NCBI GenBank assembly: GCA_035477115.1
Contig: DATIKW010000041.1
Span: 1,781-65,780 of the forward strand
Source: Bacillota bacterium
GTDB lineage: Bacteria > Bacillota > Sulfobacillia > UBA995
Direction of reading: 5' to 3'
DNA: 64,000 nt
Shown here: piece after piece, positions 19,665 through 30,004 of the stretch
How the letters are laid out: every line of letters starts with the position of its first letter
Numbering within the stretch: position 1 is the stretch's first letter
Notes under the pieces: model-generated
What the model was told of the DNA's origin: nothing
Databases searched by the model: none
Seen by the model: the letters and a program-made list of their open reading frames with translations, nothing else
Program-made: the position numbers and the translations under genes

Positions 19665-19866
19665 CGATGCAGCACCTCCAACACTCAAGCCGGCCGGGCG
19701 CCATGCCTGGCCGGGGGAAACACTCAAAACCATCATCTCTTTCGCTCCTGTGACCAGTGAACCCTGCCACAGGCGAGCGCGGGAACACAGGCGGAGAATT
19801 CGGGGAATGTGGTCAGCGGAGCCCGACAGGCTGGGGAGTCATCTCCGAGTCTCGCGGCTCGCGGGG

Positions 19867-20625
19867 CTATGCCTCCCGTCGCGCGAAGACCCAGCCCGCG
19901 GCGAGCGCCAACAGCAAGGCGGTCCCGAGCAGCCCGGCGATGGAGTTCCAGAACAAGGCTCCTGCGAACGGGTAGTACATGGCCTGCATCTGGCGGTAGA
20001 CGGAGAAGGCCTGCCACTCCCGTATCCACCCGGGTACGGAGAGGAGGACTGCGGTGGCGGCCGCTCTGAGCAACGCCTGGCGCGGACTCGGCGAGAGGGC
20101 GGAACACAGCGCCGCCAACCCGAAGATCACGAGCATGCCAGCCATGGCGGGGATGAGACCCAGCGCAAAGTTCGTCGCGGGCAGCGGGCGGCCGCGCAGG
20201 ATGGAGACCACGCCAACGACGGCGGTCGAGCCGGCCATCACCAGGGCGACACCGATCGCCCCCGCCAGGTACCTGCCGGCGAATATGGTCCCGCGACCTG
20301 GCCGCAGTCCTCCGGCGGTGCCCGCTGGACCATCTCCCGCTGTCGCGGCAAACAGACTGGCCCCCACCAGCAGGGCGACAATGGTCGCCCCCTGGTACAG
20401 GTGTTTAGCGTACCAGTTGGCCCAAAGATACACGAAGTAATTCGTTGCCTGGGCCTCGGCCATCGGCTGGACGTCGGGGGGCAGGGCCAGATAGCGCAGC
20501 AACCTCGGGAGCTGGTCGAACAGGAATACCACCGTGATGCCGAGCAGCGACAGGATCAAGAAACCGGCCAAGAGCACCCGGCGACTCCTGTAGATCTGCT
20601 CGGCGGCCACCGCCCAACTGATCAT
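19867..20625 (-). CDS. Polytopic membrane protein, ABC-2 permease-like, orphan
   Basis: Six predicted TM helices. The likely start is ATG 20625 (MISWAVAAEQIYRSRRVLLAGF..). The longer ORF has a non-protein-like N-terminus. No cognate ATPase lies nearby. Confidence 0.45.
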   Translation of the reverse strand: MISWAVAAEQIYRSRRVLLAGFLILSLLGITVVFLFDQLPRLLRYLALPPDVQPMAEAQATNYFVYLWANWYAKHLYQGATIVALLVGASLFAATAGDGPAGTAGGLRPGRGTIFAGRYLAGAIGVALVMAGSTAVVGVVSILRGRPLPATNFALGLIPAMAGMLVIFGLAALCSALSPSPRQALLRAAATAVLLSVPGWIREWQAFSVYRQMQAMYYPFAGALFWNSIAGLLGTALLLALAAGWVFARREA

Positions 20626-20952
20626 CGGCCGCGTATTTCGCCGGACGCGGGTAAATACCTCTTTGCGGTGTCGGGCAGCCAGAACGCAGCCATCGGGTCG
20701 AGTGGGCGGGCGACAGGAGGAATATCGGGTATTGTGTCGAAAAGGACGTGCCAACTCACAGCCAAGGATGGGAACGCGGGACTGAGCATCTTCAGCCAGG
20801 CTCGCGAGTAGCAGGCGAAAGGTAGAGCCTGGCGGGAGTCGGGGGGAGGCGAATTCACGGCACTTGATTTACGACATGGTTCTCAGCATCCGTGCTCGCC
20901 CGAAACCGCCTGTTTTCGGCCCGCATTCTTGGCAGGAAGGAGAGTGACGCCT

Positions 20953-21849
20953 TTGGAGGCGAGGACGGCTCGGCTTTCCACCTTCTCCATCGTGGCTGTC
21001 GACCTGAATAGCCGGGAGTGGGGGGTGGCCGTACAGTCGAAGTTCTTGGCCGTAGGCGCGGTGGTGCCGTGGGCCCAGGCGGAGGCGGGAGCGATAGCCA
21101 CGCAGGCCTGGGCGAACCTCTCCTATGGGCCGGAGGGTCTGAAACTGCTGGCTGCGGGGCGCACCGCTGCAGAAGTGGTCGACTATCTTACCCGCGGCGA
21201 CGACGGCCGGGAGGACCGGCAGCTGGGCGTGGTTGACAGCAAGGGCGCGGCGGCAGCCTTCACCGGGGCACGGTGCTTTCCATGGGCCGGGCACGTCGCC
21301 GGCGAGGGGTTTTCCTGCCAGGGGAACATCCTGGTGGGTCCGGAGACGGTTCACGCCATGGCCGAAACCTACCTGGCTTCGCGGGGAAACCTGGCTGACC
21401 GGCTGATGGACGCCTTGGCGGCGGGGCAGCAGGCCGGAGGAGATCGGCGGGGGCAGCAGTCAGCTGGTCTGCTGGTCGTCAGGGATAAGGGTAGCTATGG
21501 AGGATACATCGACCGGTACATGGATCTGAGGGTAGATGACCACCCGCGACCCATCGAAGAACTCCAGCGTCTCGTGAAGCTGTTTCATCTCTACTTCTCC
21601 AAGGGCGACCCGCGCAATCTGCTCCGGTTGGAGGGCAGCCGCACGGCCGAGGTGGCGGGGTACCTGCGCGCGCTCGGGCATTTTGCGGAAGAGACCCCAG
21701 CCCAGTGGGGCGGGAACCTGGCAGGAGCATTGCGTACGTTCTTCCTCATCGAGAACTTCGAGGAACGGCTACGCGACGACGACCTGATTGACGGAGAGAT
21801 ACTGGCCTACCTGCGGGAGAAGGCGGCGTCGCAAGCCGGCAGAGGTTAG
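20953..21849 (+). CDS. DUF1028 (Ntn-hydrolase-like) protein with a C-terminal putative peptidoglycan-binding-like domain
   Basis: STFSIVAVD..GVAVQSKFLAVGAVVPWAQAEAGAIATQA matches the DUF1028 N-terminus. The start is probably TTG 20953, 10 nt after AAGGAG. The tracked ORF starts at TTG 20929. Confidence 0.65.
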   Translation: MEARTARLSTFSIVAVDLNSREWGVAVQSKFLAVGAVVPWAQAEAGAIATQAWANLSYGPEGLKLLAAGRTAAEVVDYLTRGDDGREDRQLGVVDSKGAAAAFTGARCFPWAGHVAGEGFSCQGNILVGPETVHAMAETYLASRGNLADRLMDALAAGQQAGGDRRGQQSAGLLVVRDKGSYGGYIDRYMDLRVDDHPRPIEELQRLVKLFHLYFSKGDPRNLLRLEGSRTAEVAGYLRALGHFAEETPAQWGGNLAGALRTFFLIENFEERLRDDDLIDGEILAYLREKAASQAGRG

Positions 21850-22028
21850 CATTGCCGAGAAGGGTTTCGTGGGAGGCCCGGGACTCGACACCCTGGCGGG
21901 GCGCTCGGATTGTCCTGTAAGGAGCTGGCTATCACCAGGATCTGGGCGGGTGCGAGGCGAATTCGTCCGTCAATGCCGGCTCATCGCCGACAGGTGACCG
22001 TCAAGTATCGTCCATGGAGAGGGTGCCC

Positions 22029-23003
22029 ATGGCGCGACGTCTTGAGTATCGGCTATTCGAGGCCATGGCGTACATCCTGGAGGGCAATTACCCCGATACC
22101 GGGAAGCTCGCCGAGAAGTTCGGCTGTTCCCGGCGAACTGCCGAACGCTACATCGAGCGGATTCGCCTCGTCGCCGCCGATGACCTGGTGTATGACCCGA
22201 GACGTCGCGGCTATCACTTCCCGAGCGGCCGGGCCAACTTGCCGCGCCTGCGGCTGAGCGAAGGGGAGGCGATAGCCCTCTTCCTGGGCGGCAAGCTGCT
22301 GGATCAGTGCCGGGGCACACCCTATCGGGAGCACGTCGCCGATGCCCTGCACAAGCTGTGCACCTGGCTGGCGGGGGACGTGACCTACGCGGATGTGGTC
22401 CAGCCGGTCGGCTGGGTGTCCTTTGCCGCGGGACCGCTCCGCGGCGAGGAACAACAGGTACTGGAGCACTTCACTCGCATCAACCGGGCGATCCAGGAAT
22501 GCGAGACCCTGCGAGTAGTCTATTTCGCCGTATACCGCAGCGGCCTGGATGAACGGGAGATCGACCCCTACCATCTGTACCGGCACGGCGGCGTCTGGTA
22601 TGCGTTCGCGCACTGCCACTCCCGCGGCGAGACTCGCACTTTCGCCGTCGACCGCATCCACAGCCTCGAGGGCACCGGGAGGCGGTTTGACCGCCCGGTC
22701 GATTTCACGGCCGAGAACTACGTGGCCGACGCCTTCGGGATCGAGCGTGGCGAACCCGCCTGCGTGGCTATCCGTTTCCGATCCGATCAGGCACGGTACA
22801 TCCGGGAGCGCAGCTGGCACTCCAGCCAGATCATCGAGGAACTGCCCGGCGGCGACCTCATCCTTCGGCTGCATGTCGGCGGTCTGGGAGAGGTCAAGCG
22901 GTGGGTCCTCGCTTACGGCTCCGGTGCCGAGGTGCTGGAGCCCCCCGAACTCCGCGAAGCCGTTAAGCGGGAGGTTGAGGGGCTGGCCGGGACATACGCG
23001 TAA
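22029..23003 (+). CDS. WYL-domain transcriptional regulator (N-terminal HTH, WYL, C-terminal WCX-like)
   Basis: The HTH region is KLAEKFGCSRRTAERYIERI. The ..PYHLYRHGGVWYAFAHCHSRGETRTFAVDRI.. block is a classic WYL signature. The likely start is ATG 22029, after GGAGAGGG. Confidence 0.8.
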   Translation: MARRLEYRLFEAMAYILEGNYPDTGKLAEKFGCSRRTAERYIERIRLVAADDLVYDPRRRGYHFPSGRANLPRLRLSEGEAIALFLGGKLLDQCRGTPYREHVADALHKLCTWLAGDVTYADVVQPVGWVSFAAGPLRGEEQQVLEHFTRINRAIQECETLRVVYFAVYRSGLDEREIDPYHLYRHGGVWYAFAHCHSRGETRTFAVDRIHSLEGTGRRFDRPVDFTAENYVADAFGIERGEPACVAIRFRSDQARYIRERSWHSSQIIEELPGGDLILRLHVGGLGEVKRWVLAYGSGAEVLEPPELREAVKREVEGLAGTYA

Positions 23004-23137
23004 ACGGGCGACGGCGCGAGTCCGGGCAGCTTCGGACCCGACCGGCCGCTCGTTCCTCCCGGCGGGTCGCCCGGGATCACGCAGAACCTTGATCGATGAC
23101 CCGCGCATTTTCTCATCAGGGTCGAGGGGCTGAACCG

Positions 23138-23863
23138 GTGCGGCTGATCATCACCGCCGACTACGATGAGCTAAGCCGGGAGGCAGCCGCTGCCGTTGCC
23201 TGCTGCATCCGGGAGCGGCCCGATTGCGTCCTGGGTCTGGCGGCCGGCGCCACGCCCGTGGGGACTTACCGGGAACTGGTGCGACGCTACCGGCGGGGAC
23301 AGGTCGACTTCCACTAGGTGCGAACCTTCAACCTGGACGAGTTCTACCCCATCGAACCCGACCACCCCCGGAGCTTCCACCGGTTCATGTGGGATCACCT
23401 GTTCTCGCAGGTCAATGTGCGGCGCGATGACGTCCACCTGCCCCGGGGCAACGCGGCCGACCCCGCCGAGGAGTGCGGGCGGTACGAGGCGGCCATCGAG
23501 GACGCCGGCGGCCTCGACCTCCTGCTCCTGGGCATCGGCGCCAACGGCCACATCGGCTTCAACGAGCCCGGCACCCCGCTGGACAGCACCACCCACCTCG
23601 TGTGTCTGACCGACGAAACCGTGGCGGCCAACGCCCGGCTCTTCGACCGGCCCGAGGATGTGCCGCGGCTGGCCATCACCATGGGGCCCAAGACGATAAT
23701 GCGGGCTCGGCGCCTGCTCCTCCTGGCCGGCGGGGAGGCCAAGGCAACCGCGCTGGCGGCCGCGCTGGAAGGGCCGGTGACCCCGGAAGTGCCCGCCTCG
23801 ATATTGCAGCTACATGCATGTGCGACGGTGATCGCCGACCGCGCTGCCGCTTCCCGGCTCTAG
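23138..23863 (+). pseudogene. nagB: Glucosamine-6-phosphate deaminase interrupted by an in-frame TAG at 23315-23317
   Basis: The N-terminal fragment (GLAAGATPVGTYRELVRRYRRGQVDFH) and the C-terminal fragment (VRTFNLDEFYP...GIGANGHIGFNEPG) are in the same frame, separated by TAG. TAG is a genuine stop elsewhere in the window. Confidence 0.65.
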
Positions 23864-24149
23864 CGGCGCTTCGAGGTCTTTCCGTCCGCCGGATTCGGCC
23901 TTTGCTCGAGCAGGCGGCTGTGCCATCCGGAGTCTTGACTGACTGTGATAAGATACTTTCAATATACCCTGTGCATCGCCGAAGCAGTGTCAGCAAACGG
24001 AGTATAATGAATCGTGTGAACCATGCGGCATGCGTCATAATTCCGAAAGTGGAAGGGAGGAGGTGCTGGGGGAGAGAATCCCTCGTGACCGCTGACAAGG
24101 AAGACTTACAAAAGACGCGCATAGCCGAATCGATGGAGGAGGGACAACG

Positions 24150-25796
24150 ATGAGCCGAAATGGGACATTGCTCCTGGCATCGGTGATGTTGCTGGTAGTC
24201 CTGGTCGCTACGGGCTGCCCGAGGGCTGCCGAACCGGTGGAGCCGCCAGCGGCTGCGGAGCCTCAGCCTGGCGGCACGTTGACGCATCTACACAATGCGT
24301 CGCCCGACAACCTCGACCCACAGGGGACGGTCATGGCCGTATCATGGTGGGTGTTCTCGCGGATGGTGGACACGCTGGTTACGCGCGACCACGATCTGGG
24401 AATTGCCCCTCATCTGGCTGAGTCCTGGGAGATGTCCAAGGATGGATTGACCTGGACGTTTCGGTTGCAGCGAGGGATCCGCTTCCACGACGGGACGCCC
24501 TTCAATGCCGAGTCGGCTGCGTTCTCCTTCAACAGGTTCGCCGAAGTAGCGCGGGTTGGGATCTTGGCGCAACTGAAGGAAACGGTAGTGGTGGATGAGT
24601 ATACGATCGAAATGCGATTGACCGCGGCTGCTCCCCGGTTTCTCGATGATCTGGCGAGTCACTATGCCGGGCTCATCTCGCCGGCTGCCGTGGAGAAGTA
24701 CGGAGCGGACTTCGGTATCGCGGGTATGGTGGGGACAGGCCCGTTCAAGTTCCACGAGTTCATCCCTGGGGACAGAGTCACGCTGGTCAGGAACGAGGAA
24801 TACGCCTGGGGTCCGCCCATCGTAGAGAACCCCGGTCCGGCGCATCTGGAAAGGATCGAACTCCTGGTCATCCCGGAAGATATGACGCGGGTAATGGAAT
24901 TCGAGGACAGAGCCGCACGAGGGTACGCCGTTACGTTGACCTTGGCGCCACCAGCCGATGTTCGAAGACTGAGGGCTGATCCGGCGGTACAGACAATAAC
25001 GAGGACTACTACCGGAGCAGACATCCTATTCATCAATACCACCAAATGGCCCTTCGACGATATCAGGATGAGAGAGGCGCTCATTTACGCCATCAACACG
25101 CAACCGATCGTTGATTTGCTGCTGGAGGGAGTGGCGGTACAGGCGCACACGTTCATATCGCCTTCGCAGATAGGCTATCCCGATGCTGCGGGGCCTACCC
25201 CGGCGATCCAGCGCCCGGTCGACCCGCAGAGGGCACGCGAGTTGTTCGCGGAGGCCGGCTGGTTGCCAGGTCCCGATGGGATTCTGGTTCATCAAGGGAC
25301 CGGCAAGCGGGCCGAATTCGGGTTCTTGACGCCGACAGGATACGTGGGAGAACCGGAGGCGATTGTGGCGCAGTTGAGGGACCTGGGATTGGACATCCGG
25401 ATGACGGTGCTGGAACCTGCAGCCTCCGTGGCCAAGGCGAGAGAAGGGGTGTATGAGCTCTATCTGATCGGTTATGGTTGGCCGGATGTGAGCTTGGGTT
25501 TCGACCTCTTCCATACTCGCCAGATCGGCGGCTTGAACTTCAGCTTCCTCTCAGATCCGCAGGTAGATGAGCAGATAAACACAGCGCTTACCAACCTCGA
25601 TCCCGAGGTGCGCGCCGCGGCATGGAATGCGGCGCACGTGCGCATCGTTCAGTTGGCCCCGTTCGTTCCCATGTGGTACGACATGCTCTTCACCTTCGCA
25701 TCGAAAGCCGTTGGCGGCATGGAACTTGTCGGGGCGCATCCCCTCTGGGCATCGGACATCCATGCCTTGGACCTACATTACATACCTGGCAAGTAG
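24150..25796 (+). CDS. ABC transporter substrate-binding lipoprotein, family 5 (peptide/nickel, DppA/OppA-like)
   Basis: Lipoprotein signal LVATGC. The family-5 SBP fold is recognisable over the full length. GC is lower than the surroundings (~60%). Confidence 0.85.
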   Translation: MSRNGTLLLASVMLLVVLVATGCPRAAEPVEPPAAAEPQPGGTLTHLHNASPDNLDPQGTVMAVSWWVFSRMVDTLVTRDHDLGIAPHLAESWEMSKDGLTWTFRLQRGIRFHDGTPFNAESAAFSFNRFAEVARVGILAQLKETVVVDEYTIEMRLTAAAPRFLDDLASHYAGLISPAAVEKYGADFGIAGMVGTGPFKFHEFIPGDRVTLVRNEEYAWGPPIVENPGPAHLERIELLVIPEDMTRVMEFEDRAARGYAVTLTLAPPADVRRLRADPAVQTITRTTTGADILFINTTKWPFDDIRMREALIYAINTQPIVDLLLEGVAVQAHTFISPSQIGYPDAAGPTPAIQRPVDPQRARELFAEAGWLPGPDGILVHQGTGKRAEFGFLTPTGYVGEPEAIVAQLRDLGLDIRMTVLEPAASVAKAREGVYELYLIGYGWPDVSLGFDLFHTRQIGGLNFSFLSDPQVDEQINTALTNLDPEVRAAAWNAAHVRIVQLAPFVPMWYDMLFTFASKAVGGMELVGAHPLWASDIHALDLHYIPGK

Positions 25797-25801
25797 ACCC
25801 C

Positions 25802-25907
25802 CATGCCCCTCGGGATACCACGGGGCGGGAAAAGGGTGGGCGCATTCTGTGGTAGAGCAGGTGGAGACGCATTCGGGCGCAGGGGCGGGTTCGGAACCCG
25901 CCCCTAC
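25802..25907 (+). repeat. REP-like element, copy C (module 1 variant plus palindrome AGGGGCGGGTTCGGAACCCGCCCCTAC)
   Basis: It lies between the SBP and permease genes, the same position classically held by REP hairpins in ABC operons. Confidence 0.65.
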
Positions 25908-25974
25908 CGCGACCGTGACCACTGCTGAGGCCACATCTTCGCGCTAGTCCACCACAAGGTGTTGGGGAGGGCAA

Positions 25975-26898
25975 ATGCATACTCTACTTGCAAGAAGGTT
26001 AGCATCCATGGTTCCGATAGTATTGGGCGTAACAATCGCGGTCTTTGCCGTATTGCACCTTGCGCCAGGATGTCCAACGACGATCATGCTCGGCGATCAT
26101 GCTAGTCCTGAGGCCATTGAGGAACTAAGGAACAAACTGGGCTTGGATGACCCTCTTTATGTCCAGTACTTCAGATGGTTGAGCGGTGTAGCGAGAGGAG
26201 ACTTCGGCCGTTCGATTCACACGCGGCAGTTAGTATTGGAGATGGTGTTGCAGAGAGTCCCGGCTACCATGGAGTTGACTTTTGCGGCAATGATACTGTC
26301 GCTGGTGATAGCGGTTCCGGTGGGGGTCATTTCTGCAACCAAGCAGTATTCCGTTGTCGATCATGCGACGATGGCGGGAGCGCTCTTTGGAGTTTCCATG
26401 CCGGTATTCTGGCAGGGGCTGATGGGGATGCTCGTATTTGGTTTCCTTCTGGGCTGGCTCCCGATTTCGGGTCGCGGTGGGCTCGAGCACCTGATATTGC
26501 CAGCCATCACTCTGGGGACAAGCCAAGCTGGCTTGATTGCGCGGTTGACCAGATCAAGCATGCTGGAAGTCATCAGACAAGACTACATTACTACTGCCAG
26601 GTCTAAAGGTTTGGCGGAAAGAGTCGTGATTGCCAAGCACGCTTTGAAGAACGCCTTGATCCCAGTGGTCACCATTCTAGCCTTGCAGCTTCCGGCATTA
26701 TTCGGAGGAGCCGTAATAACGGAAACCGTATTCGCCTGGCCTGGTATGGGGAGGCTCATAGTGACATCGATCTTTGTGCGAGACTTCCCCGTGGTGCAAG
26801 CGGTCACGTTGATCATGGCGATGGTCGTCATTTTGTGTAATCTGCTCGCCGATGTTTCGTACATCTTCCTCGATCCACGGATAAGATATGATAGTTAG
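25975..26898 (+). CDS. ABC peptide transporter permease (DppB/OppB-like)
   Basis: Binding-protein-dependent transport permease signature. GC ~52-55%. Confidence 0.85.
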   Translation: MHTLLARRLASMVPIVLGVTIAVFAVLHLAPGCPTTIMLGDHASPEAIEELRNKLGLDDPLYVQYFRWLSGVARGDFGRSIHTRQLVLEMVLQRVPATMELTFAAMILSLVIAVPVGVISATKQYSVVDHATMAGALFGVSMPVFWQGLMGMLVFGFLLGWLPISGRGGLEHLILPAITLGTSQAGLIARLTRSSMLEVIRQDYITTARSKGLAERVVIAKHALKNALIPVVTILALQLPALFGGAVITETVFAWPGMGRLIVTSIFVRDFPVVQAVTLIMAMVVILCNLLADVSYIFLDPRIRYDS

Positions 26899-27760
26899 AG
26901 GCGTAGCGCGAACCAAGAAGATGCGCCAGCTAATCGCGTTTGTTCGAAGGCTCAGGCGAAACAGACTGGCGTCCCTCGGAGCAGTGATCGCCGCCATCAT
27001 CCTTGTCATAGCCATCTTCGCTCCCTTGATCGCCCCGCACGATTATGCCAGGCAAGTATTGGAAGATCGGCTATTGCCGCCGAGCATGGAGTATCCTTTG
27101 GGAACCGATCACCTTGGCAGGTGTATTCTCAGCAGACTGGTGCATGGTTCGAGAATTGCACTAATGATAGGGGTCATGATAGTAGGGATCCAAGCGACGA
27201 TTGGGATAACCCTGGGACTGATCTCAGGCTACTATGGTGGGCGTATTGATCAAATGATCATGAGGTTAGTGGATATGACGCTGGCTTTTCCTGCTTTAGT
27301 GCTGGCCTTGGCCATTGCCGCCGCCTTGGGCCCAGGTCTCTTTAATGTAATGCTGGCTTTGGGGATCATTGGATGGAGCGGTTATGCCCGTCTGGTGCGA
27401 GGTCTTGTATTGTCGGTCAAAGAGAACGACTATGTCGAAGCGGCCAGAGCGGCGGGAGCAAGTGATGTAAGGTTAATGTCCCATCATATACTGCCCAATG
27501 TCATATCTCCAATCATCGTGATGGCGACTCTCGGGATGGCGGGCGCACTCCTTGCTGCCTCCGCTTTGAGCTTCCTCGGATTGGGTGCCCAGCCTCCAGC
27601 CCCCTGTTGGGGAGCAATCTTGGCCGGTGGTCGCGCCTACTTACGTCATGCGCCGTGGATCGCCACTTTCCCCGGATTGGCGATCATGGTTACGGTGCTG
27701 GGATTCAATTTCCTGGGGGACGGCCTGCGCGATGCCTTCGATCCGAGGCTGAAAAGGTGA
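26888..27760 (+). CDS. ABC peptide transporter permease (DppC/OppC-like)
   Basis: Permease fold. It overlaps the upstream permease by 11 nt. No ATPase genes follow. Confidence 0.85.
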   Translation: MIVRGVARTKKMRQLIAFVRRLRRNRLASLGAVIAAIILVIAIFAPLIAPHDYARQVLEDRLLPPSMEYPLGTDHLGRCILSRLVHGSRIALMIGVMIVGIQATIGITLGLISGYYGGRIDQMIMRLVDMTLAFPALVLALAIAAALGPGLFNVMLALGIIGWSGYARLVRGLVLSVKENDYVEAARAAGASDVRLMSHHILPNVISPIIVMATLGMAGALLAASALSFLGLGAQPPAPCWGAILAGGRAYLRHAPWIATFPGLAIMVTVLGFNFLGDGLRDAFDPRLKR

Positions 27761-29784
27761 TGTTAGACGCGTTCCGCGAAGCAAGGCGAATTCGCCGGTC
27801 ACAACAGGAGGGCCTCATGAGCGAGAGAAGAAGACGTCGAGCGGTTGAGCCAGCGGACCTGTTCCGCCTCAAGTTCCTACAGGATGCGCAGCTCTCTCCC
27901 GACGGCCAGGCCATCGCCTATACGGTCTCCCACGTCAATGTCGAGAAAGAGGAAGAATACGTCGCCATCTGGCTCTTGTCGCTGAAGACACGAGAGGCAC
28001 GTCAACTCACGGCCGGCCTAGCCCGTGACACAAACCCGCAGTGGTCGCCGGACGGCAAGCAAATCTCTTTCCTCTCAACCCGAGGTGATAAGCCGCAGAT
28101 CTACCTCATCCCGGTGGATGGTGGGGAGGCCCGCGCTCTAACAGCCATGAAGCAAGGGGTCGGCGGCGGTCCTGCTTGGTCACCCGATGGCAGGCAAATC
28201 GCCTTCACTGCTGGTCCAGAGCGTAAGCCACCGGACGCGACGAAACCCTATCGGGTCACCCGCCACATCTACCGGTTCGATGCAGTGGGATATCTGGATG
28301 ACGTGGCGCAGGATATCTACGTGATTCCGGCCGGCGCTGGAGAGCCCAGACAACTGACCCGCGATGACAGTCAGAATACGATGCCGGTCTGGTCGCCCGA
28401 TGGACGAGAGATCCTGTACAGTGCAGCGATGTTCCCGGATTCGCATCGGGTCTATCCCGCCCTGAAAGTCCTGAACTTGCAGGGTGAGGTCCGCGAACTC
28501 GTGAAGGATTGGGGCAATGTGCTATCGGCAGCTTGGACTGCATGCGGCGAAGTGGTTTTCATTGGAAGCCCGTTCGGCCGCCCCATTGGTTCTCAGAATC
28601 ACCTCTGGGTCATTGATGGGCGGGGAGGCGAGCCTGAATGCCGCACCGCCGGCATTGCGTATCAGGTAGGCGGGGGGCTGCAGTCAGATATGCCGGGGGG
28701 CGAGCCTCTTCCTAACATTCTCGTCGCAAAGGATGGCCGGACGGCCTACGTGCAGGTGCAAGAAGGGGGTACGGTGCCGGTCTACCGTGTCGCGCTCAAG
28801 GGGCATGAATCCTGGGCGCCGGTAGTTGCGGGCAAACGGAGCTGCGTCCCCCTGGATCTGGATGACAAACATCTCCTCTTTGCGGTCAGCACCCATGACA
28901 GTCCCCGGGAATTGTTCATCGCTGCGAAGGATGGGGCCAATGAGCGACAGCTTACTCGGATTAATGCCGACTTGGTGTCGGAGTGGGATCTCCCTCAAGC
29001 TGAGGACCTCTCCTTTTCGAGCAGCGATGGAGTGCAGGTTGAGGGTTGGATCATGAAGCCGTGCACAGGCGAAGCACCCTATCCTACTATCCTGTATATC
29101 CATGGGGGACCCCACTCCGCATTCGGTCACATCTTCTCGCTGGACTTCCACATGCTGGCCGGCGCAGGCTACGCGGTGTTGTTCATCAACCAACGTGGGT
29201 CCACCGGCTATGGAGACGAGTTCAGCACCAGGATCATCGGCGATTGGGGCGCATTGGACTACCAGGACCTGATGGCCGGCGTTGATTTCGCAATCGCGAG
29301 GGGGATCGCCGATCCGGACCGCCTGGGGTGCTGCGGCCTCTCCGGCGGCGGGAATCTGACATGCTGGATCGTTGGGCAGACCGATCGCTTCAAGGCGGCC
29401 GTACCGGAGAATCCGGTCACCAACTGGGCCAGCATGTACGGCATCAGCGACATCGGTCCCTGGTTCGTCCCGGCGGAGATGGGGGGACTGCCGCATGAGG
29501 TGCCCGAGGTATACCGGCGATGCTCTCCCATCAGCTATGCACATCGCTGTACCACTCCTACCCTCTTGGTTCAGGGTGAGCACGACTACCGCTGCCCGGC
29601 AGAACAGGCAGAGCAGTTCTACACTGTCCTCAAGGCAAGCGGCTGTGTCGTGGAGATGCTGAGACTGCCGTCAAGCTTCCATAGCGGCTCGATCGAAGGG
29701 GCACCGATTGTGCGTCGCGCCCAGAACGAGGCTCTCCTGGAATGGATGAACCGCCATATACTGGGCATCGAGAGTGGCGCCTGA
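27760..29784 (+). CDS. S9-family serine peptidase (N-terminal beta-propeller, C-terminal alpha/beta-hydrolase; acylaminoacyl/prolyl oligopeptidase-like)
   Basis: Repeated W/SPDG propeller motifs, GLSGGG nucleophile elbow and Asp/His triad residues. The start ATG 27760 overlaps the permease stop (TGATG), after AAAGGTGA. Confidence 0.8.
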   Translation: MLDAFREARRIRRSQQEGLMSERRRRRAVEPADLFRLKFLQDAQLSPDGQAIAYTVSHVNVEKEEEYVAIWLLSLKTREARQLTAGLARDTNPQWSPDGKQISFLSTRGDKPQIYLIPVDGGEARALTAMKQGVGGGPAWSPDGRQIAFTAGPERKPPDATKPYRVTRHIYRFDAVGYLDDVAQDIYVIPAGAGEPRQLTRDDSQNTMPVWSPDGREILYSAAMFPDSHRVYPALKVLNLQGEVRELVKDWGNVLSAAWTACGEVVFIGSPFGRPIGSQNHLWVIDGRGGEPECRTAGIAYQVGGGLQSDMPGGEPLPNILVAKDGRTAYVQVQEGGTVPVYRVALKGHESWAPVVAGKRSCVPLDLDDKHLLFAVSTHDSPRELFIAAKDGANERQLTRINADLVSEWDLPQAEDLSFSSSDGVQVEGWIMKPCTGEAPYPTILYIHGGPHSAFGHIFSLDFHMLAGAGYAVLFINQRGSTGYGDEFSTRIIGDWGALDYQDLMAGVDFAIARGIADPDRLGCCGLSGGGNLTCWIVGQTDRFKAAVPENPVTNWASMYGISDIGPWFVPAEMGGLPHEVPEVYRRCSPISYAHRCTTPTLLVQGEHDYRCPAEQAEQFYTVLKASGCVVEMLRLPSSFHSGSIEGAPIVRRAQNEALLEWMNRHILGIESGA

Positions 29785-30004
29785 GCGGCGCGGATCTTGG
29801 CCCAGAGAGACGACGGTACGCGATCTGGCGGGTGCCAGCGGCGGCGGGCTTGCCCGGCAGACTCATAAGTGGGTCTTGGTGAGCGGGGGAGGTGGTCGCT
29901 GAGGCTGACCTGTCACAGCTAAAGAAGGCCGGACAGGGTGGTTGAGTTGACCGCTGGATGAGCGTCCGCCAACAGAGGGGATGGACGCTGAGGGAGGTTG
30001 TGAC

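Noticed and set aside
17377-19788. Single 803-aa ORF spanning the nuoF-like gene and beyond
   Set aside because: The first 200 codons overlap the nuoE-like gene in another frame and are not protein-like. The genuine start is the internal ATG at 19188, which has a strong RBS.
25881-25907. Palindrome GGGCGGGTTCGGAACCCGCCC as a possible tRNA T-arm or tRNA-derived element
   Set aside because: The loop TTCGGAA resembles a T-loop. But the stem is 7-13 bp, the conserved A58 position is G, and there is no acceptor, D or anticodon arm in the flanks. It is a REP-type hairpin, not a tRNA.
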